This document shows, one piece after another, positions 28,548 through 41,759 of a DNA stretch of 64,000 bases. The notes under the pieces were generated by a model that saw only the letters and a list, made by a program, of their open reading frames with translations, made no database searches and had not been told where the DNA came from. The position numbers and the translations under genes were made by a program. Every line of letters begins with the position of its first letter. Positions within the stretch are counted from its first letter, which is position 1. This DNA is from Eledone cirrhosa (taxonomy: Eukaryota), in contig OZ024759.1 in assembly GCA_964016885.1 (NCBI GenBank), forward strand, positions 30,628,001-30,692,000, read 5' to 3'.

Positions 28548-28730
28548 GTCCTTTCACATTACAAGCAACATTTCTTCACCTTTCACATTACAAGCAACAT
28601 TTCTTCACCTTTTACATAAACAAGCAACATTTCTTCACCTTTCACATTACAAGCAACATTGCTTCACCTTTCACATTACAAGTAACATTTCTTCACCTTT
28701 CACATTACAAACAATATTGCTTCACCTTTC
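28548..28730. repeat. Minisatellite, about 29-bp unit, about 6 copies
   Basis: ACAAGCAACATTTCTTCACCTTTCACATT repeated. Confidence 0.9.
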
Positions 28731-28881
28731 AAACAGCCACAGTTCACCTTATTTACAATCGAGCTCTTCTACCAAACATATTCCGAATTAGACGTTGTCT
28801 TCCTTCACATTACAATTTTTTTTTATGTTCCTTCCTCTTCTGATTCTTTATCTTTCTAGTTCATCTTTTATTTCTCATTCT

Positions 28882-28920
28882 ATCTTTTGATGAAAGACTG
28901 GCGTCCGAAACGTAACAGAT
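28882..28920 (+). ncRNA. Degenerate hammerhead motif (same family as 45004-45039)
   Basis: ATCTT TTGATGA A AGAC-tggc-GTCC GAAA CG TA ACAGAT; C3U change and imperfect stems. Confidence 0.5.
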
Positions 28921-29025
28921 TCTTTGTTCCATCTTTTCCAAAAATATCAAGCGTTAAAGTGATAGATTTTCTGTACAAACAATAATGCTTTGTTGTTTCC
29001 ATTTACTTTTTGCATATACAAAAAC

Positions 29026-29068
<43 letters not shown>

Positions 29069-29241
29069 TATCCCGCGTTCAATCGGGGGTAATCACAGTA
29101 AGTAAGGTACTCGATACAAAGTAGAGTAAAACTGTTTAATATAGAAATCTTTCCTGATGATTTCCTCGAAAGGAAACACTTTTAGTCCCGTAGAAGCCAT
29201 TTCTATATTTAAAAAAATATATATATATATATATACACACA

Positions 29242-29327
<86 letters not shown>

Positions 29328-29453
29328 GATAAATCTACCAAAATATACGGTAGTGTCCAATCCGTATGAAGAACTCAATGTAATCCAAATATCATGAAAA
29401 GAGAAGATGTATTCAAAAATTTTTTCAATGAAAATCACAGGAAAACAGTCAAG

Positions 29454-29589
29454 ATAAATTAATAAAAACAATGAATAAAAACAAAGAAACAGTTCTTTAT
29501 ATAAAAAAATTCATCATGATGAATTTTTAAAAATTTGTTAATATAAGGAACTATTTCTTTGTTTTTATTCATTGTTTTTATTAATTTAT
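29454..29589. repeat. Fold-back palindrome, family C
   Basis: ATAAATTAATAAAAACAATG...CATTGTTTTTATTAATTTAT with axis at TTCATCATGATGAA. Confidence 0.8.
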
Positions 29590-29704
29590 ATATAAATATA
29601 TATAAATATATATATATATAGAGAGAGAGATTGAAGTTTCCGTTGAAAATTGAAAAAGTCATAGGAGTGAAGAGTGCTCTATGTAAGTACCAGAGCAAAA
29701 TTTT

Positions 29705-29895
29705 ATGTATAATAAACAATACAATATAATTACCTTATTACCAGAGGTTTCCCGAATAAGACGAATACGAAAAACGTCCTCATTCGTTCGTCCTCATTCG
29801 TTCGTCCGACGAACGAATGAGGACGTTTTTCGTATTCGTCTTATTTGGGAAACCTCTGGTAATAAGGTAATTATATTGTATTGTTTATTATACAT
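29705..29895. repeat. Fold-back palindrome with inverted hammerhead 3' halves
   Basis: Arms of about 85 bp; GAAA-CCTCTGG-TA-ATAAGG at 29849; CTCATTCGTTCGTC duplicated at the axis. Confidence 0.85.
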
Positions 29896-29915
29896 TATGT
29901 ATATATATATATATG

Positions 29916-29960
<45 letters not shown>

Positions 29961-29970
<10 letters not shown>

Positions 29971-30027
29971 AGATCAAAAGATGGTTAAAGGAGTTCCATG
30001 TAACCATCTTTTGATCTTATATATTAT
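29961..30027. repeat. Short palindrome next to (TA)n
   Basis: ATATAAGATCAAAAGATGGTTA / TAACCATCTTTTGATCTTATAT. Confidence 0.8.
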
Positions 30028-30110
30028 GTATACTCCAGTCCTACAAATTGTAGAGTGCTTCTTATCCGATATCTGCATTGCTTTATTGTACTACAATAAA
30101 ACTCACCTCC

Positions 30111-30353
<243 letters not shown>

Positions 30354-30392
30354 GTATATATATATATGTATATATATATATATGTATATATA

Positions 30393-30551
<159 letters not shown>

Positions 30552-30892
30552 GCAGGTGCAAACGTCTGAGCCACTATCAGTTTCTGATGGAAAACGCCAA
30601 ATAAATGTATGTAAAATATAAATATAATGATGCATATATACGTTGGTGTCACATCTGTGTTTTGCAACACGCCATTACTAAGCACAGTGATATAATACAC
30701 AATTACACCTACTTAAACGAAACAAAAAAAATGGTCGGTTGCTGCAAAAATTATTCTCTATTCCATCCGTAAAACACATGGCATGATAGCCATCGGGAGA
30801 AGGTCTGAGAGGTGAATGTAGCTATAAATTGTTATAGAATGACAGACCTCGTTCGTATATACGTATATACTCACTCGTAAAGTGTGTATACG

Positions 30893-31032
<140 letters not shown>

Positions 31033-31083
31033 GGTATATATGTATATATATATATATTGTATATATATATATATATATATATA

Positions 31084-31136
<53 letters not shown>

Positions 31137-31207
31137 ATGTAAATATATTATATACATATATATATATACATATATATATATGTATATATTATATACCCAC
31201 ATATATA

Positions 31208-31240
<33 letters not shown>

Positions 31241-31562
31241 GGAGAGAGAGTGTGTGTGTGAGAGAGAGAGAGAGAGATAGATAGAGAGAGAGAGACACAC
31301 ACACACACACACATACACACACACACACATATATACATATATATATATATATATATATTACAAACACATATATCATGCTACACACCATTGTGAAAGAAAC
31401 AGAAAGCTGGTTGGGGAGATGTAGCTATAGATTATTGTAAAATGACAAAAGTTGCTTTAACCTTTCATCCTTTGTTAGCTGCTGACTTACTGTAGAGAAG
31501 CTTTAGAAACGATATATGAATGGACGTAAATGATAGCTGTTATATATGTATTCGTGGACGTA

Positions 31563-31858
31563 GGCGGTGGATTGTCACAGACGGTAGAGCATCGTATAAC
31601 ATGCTTTGCCCGCATAGAGTTACGGCTCTTTACGTTCTGTGTTCAAATCCCATCGAGGTTTGCTTTGCTGTTCATCCTTACGGGGTCGATAAAATAAAGT
31701 ATCAGTAATACACTGGCCTTGTGCGTAAATCAGTGTTGTTAGAACATTGGTCATTTACATGTTGGCATAGAGTTACGGCTCTTTACGTTCTGAGTTCAAA
31801 TACCGCCGGGGTTTGTTTTGCCTTTTATCCTTAAGGGGTCGATAAAATGTAGTACCAA
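31563..31858 (+). mobile_element. Two adjacent diverged SINE copies
   Basis: GGCGGTGGATTG head, GTTCAAAT B-box and GGGGTCGATAAAAT core each present twice (second copy lacks the head). Confidence 0.8.
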
Positions 31859-32252
31859 TGGCAACCACTTACAGATGCATGTGGAATACTCAACCATGTA
31901 TTCGCTAGTTGACCAGCTGTCGGTTCAGTTGATCGATCAAATGACTAAATATTGATCGTTGATACCGATGGAGAATTTTATTATTCGTGACTCAAATAAA
32001 ATGTTAATTATCTGAAGAGTCCATGAGCTGACCAAGACGCTGTCATGGAATGACCAAATGTGGTCTATTTTTCAACATAGTCCCTGCAAAAAAAACAGGA
32101 CAATGTCAGTATTAAGATAAAAGAGTTTTAGTAAGTAATGCATGCAAGATTTCACAGCTCTAGCGTCACTCCTTCATAATCAACGAATGAACTTTACACC
32201 CCCCCCCCCATACGATATTAATAAATGGAAACTATATTTATAAAACCATATT

Positions 32253-32317
32253 TATTTCATTATACATATTTCAAGGACACCAAGTTAAATTATGGTGTGC
32301 TTTCATCAGATAAAATA
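32253..32317 (-). ncRNA. Type I hammerhead ribozyme motif, family B
   Basis: - strand: TATTTTAT CTGATGA AAGcACACCA...TGGTGTcCTT GAAA TATGTA TA ATGAAATA. Confidence 0.75.
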
Positions 32318-32483
32318 TAATATAGAGCAGTCTTATAAATAAATATTGACATACCCTTAAAGAATGCAACCATTACTGTTGGAAGCTGCCGGAAGCTTCC
32401 AACAGTAATGGTTGCATTCTTTAAGGGTATGTCAATATTTATTTATAAGACTGCTCTATATTATATTTTATCTAATGAAAGCA
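32298..32483. repeat. Fold-back palindrome overlapping the family B HHR
   Basis: Arms of about 90 bp around GGAAGCTGCCGGAAGCTTCC; right arm ends in a truncated core CTAATGAAAGCA. Confidence 0.85.
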
Positions 32484-32546
32484 GGTTTTCTTGTTAATTA
32501 TATATACGCACACGTACACAAACCGCACTCACACATACTCCCCCCC

Positions 32547-32602
<56 letters not shown>

Positions 32603-32653
32603 TATATATATTATATTTATATTATATATAGAGAGATAGATAGATAAATAGAC

Positions 32654-32841
32654 GGGCGGTGAATTGGCAGTATCGGTAGAGGGTCGGACGCCATGCTTTC
32701 CAGCATAGTTACGTCCCTTTACGATCTGAGTTCAAATCCGGCCGAGGTTAACTTTGCCTTTCATCCTTACGGTATCGATAAAATAAAGTACCAGTAATGC
32801 ACTGGGCAATTGCTGGCCTTGTGCCTAAAATAGAAACAATT
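32654..32841 (+). mobile_element. tRNA-derived SINE, full length (reference copy)
   Basis: A-box TGGCAGTATCGG, B-box GAGTTCAAATC, core GCCTTTCATCCTTACGG..TCGATAAAATAAAGTACCAG resembling the Meta/MESC SINE domain (from memory, unverified). Confidence 0.9.
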
Positions 32842-33204
32842 ATATATATAGAGATAAATAGATAGATATTATATTATATTATATTATATATATATACAGA
32901 GAGAGAGAGAGACATATAAGCTAGCTTTCTTTGAGTAGATTTCCGATTTGAGAAATCTATCTCCTCTTAGACTTAATTAAATTTAGTTTTCTATTGAATA
33001 TCAAGAGACATGTCTAACTGTGACATCAGTGGACTTCCTGTCGCCACAAGAAATATCTTCAACGACGATATGAAGCTTTTTAGATAGAAACAACTATAAA
33101 ATCAGCCAAACATGCGATACGTTGGGAAAAATAGACAGAATGGTTACATCATCATCATCATCATCATCATCAACGTCGTCGTCATTCTCATCTATTGTTG
33201 TTGG

Positions 33205-33380
33205 TTGATGTGGCTGGGTTCATTTGGTCAGCGTTCGCAGAGGCGTCGTCGTGTGTTGAGCCAATCAGGTCTACCTGTGCCATTCATCGCTGGAGCACCT
33301 GGGCGTACTCCAACGGGACGTCCACCCTCTGGAGATCTTCCCTAATTACGCCCAACCATTTGGTACGATGGCAGCCGTGA
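33205..33380 (-). mobile_element. Probable RTE-clade LINE 3' remnant
   Basis: - strand resembles the RTE C-terminal GR.P..W region; followed by a simple-repeat tail. Confidence 0.4.
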
Positions 33381-33431
33381 GACTATATATATACATATAC
33401 ACATAGATAATACATACATACATACATACAT

Positions 33432-34040
33432 GGTGGCTGCCAACTCGTTTTCGAGTACGGCCACTACTTTATATCCATGTAGGAGAACCCCTACCGATGC
33501 GCTGAACGAGTGTGACTTTTTAGTCCAGCCAGCGACTTGAAAACTCTGGTACAAACACTACACTTGTGACAATTATTGACACATAGTGCTGGGCCCATGG
33601 TACCATGTGACGGCAAGTGCAGAGAGATCTCCAGATATAAAGCAATGCCTGTGCCGTGAAGCTTTTATAGTGAGCAAAGGCACTGCACAAAGCCAGTCCC
33701 ACTCTCTTAACCAAGATGATATTTACCAAAAAGAAGAACAAGTCAACATCATTGGATACCATCAGGGTTGCAGGTGTTATATCAGAGTTTTCCTTCTCCT
33801 AGAATTCTGCCTTGACAAAGGCTAAGGGGTCATCTCTCCCAGTGATTTTGGATGGCCATTGACTCTTAAGAGCTCCTTTGCCCTTTGACAGGTTTTGTTT
33901 TTAGTCCTGCAGGATGTCCAAAGTCACCCTCCTTACCAAGAAACCTTGGTGGGGTTGCCAGTTTAGTCGACAACGACCCGACCATGAGACAGGTTGTACT
34001 GGGATACATGTTACCAGTAGCACCAACTGGTGACCTGACA
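33432..34040 (-). mobile_element. Non-autonomous element with RTE 5'-UTR-like motifs, inserted in (CATA)n
   Basis: - strand has TTAGCCTTTGTCAAGGCA...CTAGGAGAAGGAAAACTCTGA, recalled from RTE 5' UTRs; (CATA)n on both flanks; second copy at 19212. Confidence 0.55.
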
Positions 34041-34057
34041 TACATACATACATACAT

Positions 34058-34088
<31 letters not shown>

Positions 34089-34111
34089 TATATATATAGG
34101 TATGTATATAT

Positions 34112-34250
34112 ATGGACACACTAGAAGAGGAAGACCAAGGTTAACGTATGTTGATGTCCTGTTGGAGACGCAGGACATGGCATCGATAATGAGGGACAGA
34201 GACCGCTGCAGAGAACTCGTCCATGGATCTCGGGAATTTTACCCGCCTTA
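34112..34250 (+). mobile_element. RTE-clade LINE 3' remnant
   Basis: GHTRRGRPRLTYVDVLLETQDMASIMRDRDRCRELVHGSREFYPP; same family as 43690-43960. Confidence 0.75.
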
Positions 34251-34251
34251 G

Positions 34252-34282
<31 letters not shown>

Positions 34283-34479
34283 GATCCCGTGACTCCTTGT
34301 GGAGTCGTAGGGTCACCGTATTGATATACGGCGTTTCTGGAGCACTTTTCAGTCTTTTTCAATATTCATTTACAAACGATCATCTACAGTTGAAGTTCAT
34401 CTATCCCACTACACCCCCAGATGTATTCTATCTAGAAACACTCTATGGCTAGAGATATACTGCATCAAGATATTAAACT

Positions 34480-34915
34480 AGATCTAGAGATAGATTACAT
34501 CTCCAGATACATTATATCTCCAGATGTACTACATCTAGAGATACAATACATCTAACGATAGATTATATCTTCAGATGTACTACATCTAGAGATACAATAC
34601 ATCTAATGATAGATTATATCTCCAGATGTACTACATCTAGAGATACAGTACATCTAACGATAGATTATATCACCAGATGTACTACATCTAGAGATACAAT
34701 AGATCTAACGATAGATTATACCACCCGATGTACTACATCTAGAGATACAATACATCCAACGATAGATTATATCACCAGATGTACTACATCTAGAGATACA
34801 ATAGATCTAACGATAGATTATACCACCAGATGTACTACATCGACTAGAGATACAAAACATCTAACGATAGATTATATCACCAGATATATTACCTCTCCAG
34901 ATGTATTACATCTAG
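34480..34915. repeat. 51-bp tandem repeat, about 8 copies
   Basis: CCAGATGTACTACATCTAGAGATACAATACATCTAACGATAGATTATATC unit; internal palindrome AGATGTA-C-TACATCT. Confidence 0.9.
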
Positions 34916-35559
34916 AGCAATTCAACGATAAACTAGATACAGAGTCAGGTCTAGTAAACTCCAGATCAACCAATCAAATCTCCCTGAGTTTCTACCCCTA
35001 AGGATATTTCCAAAATATGATGATTAATGTCATAGAGAAATGTGCAATTGCTGCAATAAACAGATGTAGTATGTGTATGTATGTGTGTATATATGCATGT
35101 GTGAATGTATGGGTGTATGTGTGTATATATGCATGTATGTACGTTCTTATATACATGTGTGTATGTATGTCTGTCTATGTATGTGTGTTTCTATGTCTGT
35201 GAATGTTTGTGTGTGTGTATGTGGCTGTGTGTGTCACTCTCTATGAGTGTTTGCGGGTGTATGTGTGTATGTCTGTCTGGGTGTCGGTGTGTGTGTATGT
35301 GTGTTTTTATGTCCGTGAATATTTGTGTGCGCGCGCGCGCGCGTGTCTGTGTGTGTGTGTGTGCGTGTGTGTATGAGTGTGTGTTTTCTCAAGATGTAAC
35401 AGAAATATCAAGGGTTATCCCCGAGGAATATCAGGAGAGAGGGGGGGAGTAAGAGAGGTAGAACTGGGGTAAGTGGGTAACCATGAGCAGACATTATTAG
35501 AGATTCGAGAGGTAGAGGAAGATAGGGATGCAGAGAGGGGGGGGGGCAGAGAGAAAGGG

Positions 35560-35584
<25 letters not shown>

Positions 35585-35590
<6 letters not shown>

Positions 35591-35626
35591 AGAGAGGGGC
35601 AGATGCTGGAAAGATTTGAGCGCCAG

Positions 35627-35657
<31 letters not shown>

Positions 35658-35673
35658 AGGATGGGTAAATAGA

Positions 35674-35722
<49 letters not shown>

Positions 35723-35765
35723 TGAGAGAGAGGGGCAGATGCTGGAAAGATTTGAGCGCCAGAGG

Positions 35766-35814
<49 letters not shown>

Positions 35815-35935
35815 GGGTAAATAGAGAGGGAGAGAGAGAGAGAGAGAAAGAGAGAGAGATAATGAGAGAGAGGGGCAGATGCTGGAAAGATTTGAGCGCC
35901 AGAGATAGATAGATAGAGAGAGAGAGAAAGAGAGA
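35585..35935. repeat. Three tandem copies of a roughly 140-bp unit containing (GA)n and (GATA)n
   Basis: AATGAGAGAGAGGGGCAGATGCTGGAAAGATTTGAGCGCCAGAG occurs three times. Confidence 0.9.
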
Positions 35936-37396
35936 AATATGGTGAGAGAGAGGGAGATTTGAAAATAGAGAAGGAGTGTGGTGTGGGTTATTTAATTTGT
36001 TCGTTCATTAGTGTTAATGATTTGCCCAAGGAACATTTTAATTATGCCGGCCTTGATAATGATAGCTGTCGTGGTAGTTGTGGTGGTGTGGTGGTGATGG
36101 TGGTAGTACTGGTGGTGGTAGTGGTGGTAGTGGTGGTAGTGGTGGTAGTGGTGGTAGTGGTGGTGGTAGTGGTAGTTGTAGTAGTGGTGGTGTTTATGGT
36201 GGTAGTGGTGGTAATTTAGGTGGTGGTGGTGGTGGTGTTAGTGGTGGTCGTTGTGGTGATGGTTGTGGTGCTGGTGGTAGTAGTGGCGGTGGTGATGGTA
36301 GTGGTGGTAGTGGTGGTGTTAGTGGTGGTAGCTGTAGTAGTGGTGGTAGTTATGATAGTAGTGGTGGTTATGGTGGTGGTGGTGGCGTTAGTGGTAGTGG
36401 TGGTAGTGGTGGTAGTGGTGGTGTTGGTGGTGTTAGTGGTGTTAGTGGTAGTGGTGGCAGTGTTAGTGGTGGTAGTGGTGGTAGTAGTGATAGTGGTGAT
36501 GGTGTTAGTGGTGTTGTGGTAGTGGTGGTAGTAGTGTAAGTGATAGTGGTGATGGTGGTAGTGGTGTTGTTGTAGTGGTCATGGAGGTAGTGGTGTTGTG
36601 GTTGTTGTTTGTTGTGATAGTTGTTGTACTGGTAGTAGTTGCAGTAGCAGTTACATATCCCCATGTATTTAAGGATGAAAGGCAAAGTTAACCTCGGTGG
36701 GATTTGAACTCAGATCGTAAAGGAACAGGCAATGAGTGTAACCAATTCGCTATACATACACACACAGTTATAGCAAATGTTAGACGATGCTTAGGCACCT
36801 CTCTTTCTTCAGTCGACGTCATCACCCCTTTCTTCTTCACTCACCTCTAGTGCGTGACAGACAAATACACATTGTCTTATATATTAGCAGATAAACTATT
36901 ACTAATGTTATTCATATAACTGTGAATAAAACATATATGCTCTCTTATATGTAGCTATATTTGTACTAAATAAGAGAGATTATATTTATAAAGGGAAATA
37001 ACTGAAGAATGTATATAGCTGCTAATCGTGTAGGAATACGAAAGAGAATTTTCAGAAAGGGGAATTACTCATGAGACATTGATATAAGTTGCGTAACTTT
37101 ATATCTGTTACTAAAAGGTTCGCATTTTGGGAATATTGGAAGGCTTCACTTGCTGAGGATTACTACACTCTTTCCATTAGATTCCACTTCATTTATGGAA
37201 GGGAAGGCAACAGAGGAGTTGAGAGTATGGCTTCGAATCACTCTTTTTCTCTCTATATATATCTCTTTCTAATATATACGAGACTGACCTCTCTTGCATC
37301 ATAATTGGATAATGGAGCTGGGCCATTGAAATATGTATAGTGATTTGACGGAATTCAAATTTACAACATATCACCCAGCACGGCCTTCTGTTATCA

Positions 37397-37481
<85 letters not shown>

Positions 37482-38040
37482 AAACATGAATTATCGAGAT
37501 TCGCATTTCGGCCCACGAAATAACGAAAAACAACCTCCGAGATGTGAGGCAAGTGCTCAATGATTCAGATGAACCAGAGCTGTAACAAACGTTAAAGGCC
37601 AAACACACTGAGACGATGGTTAAAAAATCATTCGCATAGCCAAACAAACGATCAAGTAATTCGGGTATTGAAAATTTACCCGGACCCCTGGAAGGTTGGT
37701 AAAATCCAGTATTTGGGTTTCTGCGGCTCCTAAATCAAATACCGTCCGCTTACATAAAGAATGTCAGGCTTCTGGTAAGATGATTGAACAAGGAAGCCAC
37801 TTTCTCAACAGGTTTTAGTTCAATGTTAATACAAGGACTGACTATTGCTGACTCCACGTGGGGATCGGCAAGGGAGGCAGCCCCTATATCAGGCGAATAA
37901 ATTCAGTTGTGTGTATATATATAAGGTTTAAATCGAAGCTGCAGCTGCCATATAGCAGGTAGTAATCATGCATGTACATATATATATAATAAACAAGAAA
38001 GATTGTTTCATTTGTACATCTATATTTATTTTGTTATACG

Positions 38041-38094
<54 letters not shown>

Positions 38095-38096
38095 TA

Positions 38097-38167
38097 GAAA
38101 GAGTCGGGGTCCGGCTACTGAGCTCTTGCCGTTCCGACAGCTAAATTCCAGTCTGGAATTAGCTGTC
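38097..38167 (-). mobile_element. Family A fragment ending at the stem II hairpin
   Basis: Contains GACAGCTAAATTCCAG-T-CTGGAATTAGCTGTC hairpin next to the diverged family A arm. Confidence 0.65.
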
Positions 38168-38199
38168 TTTTTAATTCATGATTCTCGTCTCATAAGAAG

Positions 38200-39300
38200 C
38201 ACCACACCTTTTCCTTGACGTCACATAATATTCTAAGTGTACTTGTTGCAGCTTAATTGCTATATCCAACTTCTCTCCGAGGAAAGCTATATTTGATAGG
38301 GCAGCACCCTACTATATCTCAGCACTAAGCAACAGCGGCTTCTCCGAAAGAATCACTTATTCACCATATCACCGCTTGACATCTAGAAAGAAAAAAAACT
38401 AGATATAAAGACGTCATATTGTTAGCACCACCATTCGCACTTAATGTAAAAACTAATGTAAGCAGACAATTCCTAGCCCTCATAGACCTCCACATCACAG
38501 TTGGCCATAAATACCGGCAAATATTCATTCACAAGACAGTGAAAATGAGCTATCAGTGTACCAATAACATTAAAACCCACATATCCGGCAAAGACAAAAA
38601 CCCCTACCGTACGGATGCTCATGAAGAATGCCAGAGACATGCTCACTAGACCAACAGTACAATACTCCAGTGGTAATATATGAAGCAGAAGTGACCTCCA
38701 CCAATCACAAGCACCAAACCGAAAACTGGACTTATCTTAAAATAGTCCGATGAAAAGCATGCCACCCAGCTCGCAAATCATGTGTGGAGCTTTAAAAGTA
38801 ACGGCACGTCTTTTACCATCAAATGGCGTATATTAGAAAGATATACATCCTATAGCAATGGGACGAAATTTTCTCGGATGTGTAACTTGGAAAAGTGGAA
38901 TATACTCTCACAACTGGCTTCAGATAAACAGTTTAAATACACGCCGTGACTGCTTTAGTCGCTCTCCGCACGGAGTGAAATTCATTCTGAGTAAATGGTA
39001 TAGACCTTAATACCTAATTCGAATATTTAGGAATATATTTCCTTGACTTACCCATTTATTTGCGTTTCAAGGAATTTGATTTCTTTGAATTACTAAGTTA
39101 CCATATATTTCCATACATTTGATATTAGTTTTACGATAGTTACCTTCTTTAGACTTATTTATAATAATTTTAGTTACTTATAATTATTTATAGCTATTTT
39201 CGAAATTACCTGCCTTTGAAGAGCTCTTACATATTCTTGCCAAAAGAGATTCAATTTCTTTTTATAACAGGCTGAACGAAACTTAAGTACCTGTATATGC
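38200..39300 (+). mobile_element. Decayed Penelope-like element (RT thumb, linker, GIY-YIG, 3' HHR remnant)
   Basis: Frameshifted peptides AIFDRAAPYYISALSNSGF, APPFALNVKTNVSRQFLALIDLH..H...IF...TVKMSYQCTNNIKTHI and LANHVWSFKSNGTSFTIKWRILE..SYSNG......CNLEK; TTGAAGA...GAAA-CTTAAG-TA at 39216-39289 without a paired stem I. Confidence 0.75.
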
Positions 39301-39469
39301 CACTGTTAACTATATATATATATATATATATATATGATTTAGCCTGCCCACCCAGTGAGTGGGATGGCGTTATCTTATGGCTAAAACAGCACGACGTGCT
39401 GTGACCAGCGGCGCCGATTGGCGCCCGACACACTGGTCGGTCAAGGTGATCAAGGTGATATATATGATT

Positions 39470-39668
39470 TATCATCCATCATACGATATTTTGTGTTATA
39501 TCATTCCCTCATTTTATGTTCTGAGTTCATATCCCTCAAAGAGTAACTTTGCCTTTCATCCTTACGAGGTCGATAAATTAAAATACCAGTAACACAGTGG
39601 AGTAGATTTAATCTACTTTTCTCCTTTCCTTCCAAATTGCTGGCCTTGTGCCAAAAGTAGAAACAATT
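39470..39668 (+). mobile_element. Diverged tRNA-derived SINE
   Basis: GAGTTCATATC, GCCTTTCATCCTTACGAGGTCGATAAA, GCTGGCCTTGTGCCAAAAGTAGAAACAATT. Confidence 0.8.
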
Positions 39669-39816
39669 AGAATCATTGCGATGATCATTGTTGGTGTTGT
39701 TGCTATTAATTCGTCAAATATTTTATGACATATAGCGTTGTTCTAATACCGTCATACATGAAAGGATTTATATCTCTCATTATATATACGTATGCGTGTA
39801 TATATATATATATATA

Positions 39817-39867
<51 letters not shown>

Positions 39868-40035
39868 ATTTATATATATATATATATATATATATAGATA
39901 GATAGATAGATATATATAGATAGATATATATATATACTTGATTGAAATAACAACAGAAGGCGAGAGTGAAAAATTTACTTTGGAATTTTAATTCCAGGAA
40001 AGCACAATACATATTTCGATTATGATGCAAGTCAG

Positions 40036-40077
<42 letters not shown>

Positions 40078-40085
40078 GTATATAA

Positions 40086-40129
<44 letters not shown>

Positions 40130-40234
40130 AGAATGTTTAAGAACATTTAATTACTAACGATTGTTACATCCGAGCTACTCTCATACTTGTAATTGGATAA
40201 TATTTAATATTACCCACATATATATATATATATA

Positions 40235-40285
<51 letters not shown>

Positions 40286-40450
40286 GCATATATAATGAGA
40301 GATATAAATTCTTTCATGTATGACGGTATTAGAACAACGCGATATGTCATAAAATATTTGACGAATTAATAGCAACAACACCAACAATATATATATATAT
40401 ATATAAATACATATATATGTATATATATATATATGTATATATATACACAC

Positions 40451-40517
<67 letters not shown>

Positions 40518-40610
40518 TAGATAGATAGATATATACGTATATATATATATGTATATATATATAATTGTATTAATATATACATATATATATTAATACAATT
40601 AAATATATAT

Positions 40611-40734
<124 letters not shown>

Positions 40735-40964
40735 TATACCAATATATAATAACTTGTGTGTTACACCTCTATTCTTTTAAATATATATTATTCGTCATGT
40801 CAAGGTTAAATTATACTTTCTTTTTGTTTTAATAACAGTCAACGATGTGGACGTGCTTCACTGAACTGGAAATTTTAATTATATCTCACCAGGAATAATT
40901 ATAACCTTATTGCATTTAAATCTAATAGAATCTAATTTAATTTTGAATATCACTTCGTCAGCTG

Positions 40965-41140
40965 TTTTATTTTATTTTATTTTATTTTATTTTATTTTAT
41001 TTTATTTTATTTTATTTTATTTTATTTTATTTTATTTCATTTTATTTTATTTTATTTTATTTTATTTTATTTTATTTTATTTTATTTTATTTTATTTTAT
41101 TTTATTTTATTTTATTTTATTTTATTTTGTTTTGTTTTGT
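40965..41140. repeat. (TTTTA)n microsatellite
   Basis: Direct reading of the sequence. Confidence 0.95.
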
Positions 41141-41409
41141 CTTATTGTGATTTTGAAGGTTTATTGTTTGTCCTTGTTTTTGTTTCATTTCTTTTGTAAG
41201 AAAATCATTAACAACGACAATGACAATAACACTAACAACAACAGCAACTACCACAACTGCCATCACCACAACGACTACAACGAACACCACCGCCAATACA
41301 CCACCTACCACTACAACCACCACCACAACTACTACAACCAACGCCACTACAAATATAACCACCACTACACCTACAACTACAACCAGCATATATATATATA
41401 TATATATAA

Positions 41410-41611
41410 AACGAAGGAAGTGTGGTAAGGAACCAGGTGGACCACGATGCACCAGAGTACTCGATACTATTGGTAGTAGAGTGGGTAATAGGAAAAGAGT
41501 CAGGACCCCGACGGTTGAACTCCGTCTGTGCTAACAATACTGCGCTAGTTCAGAAATAGTAGCTGTCGAAATTGCCGTAGCTCAGCCGTCCTAGTCCTGA
41601 CTCTTTTCCTA
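41410..41611. mobile_element. Family A copy with fold-back (41488-41611)
   Basis: ATAGGAAAAGAGTCAGGAC...GTCCTGACTCTTTTCCTAT; GTC-GAAA-TTGC..GCCG-TC in the right arm. Confidence 0.8.
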
Positions 41612-41622
41612 TATATATATTT

Positions 41623-41759
41623 ATATTTATTAAAATAACAGATTAAAGTTTAAGCAAAGAATCGCTGCTTTCACCCTTAACGGGATCTTCAGAAGATCCC
41701 GTTAAGGGTGAAAGCAGCGATTCTTTGCTTAAACTTTAATCTGTTATTTTAATAAATAT
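41623..41759. mobile_element. Perfect fold-back palindrome, family D
   Basis: 68-bp arms with axis at A41691, inside the CAGAAGA core-like motif. Confidence 0.9.

Noticed and set aside
29153-29180. CTGATGA...GAAA hammerhead candidate
   Set aside because: Stems I and III do not pair, and the related copy near 15640 lacks the core.
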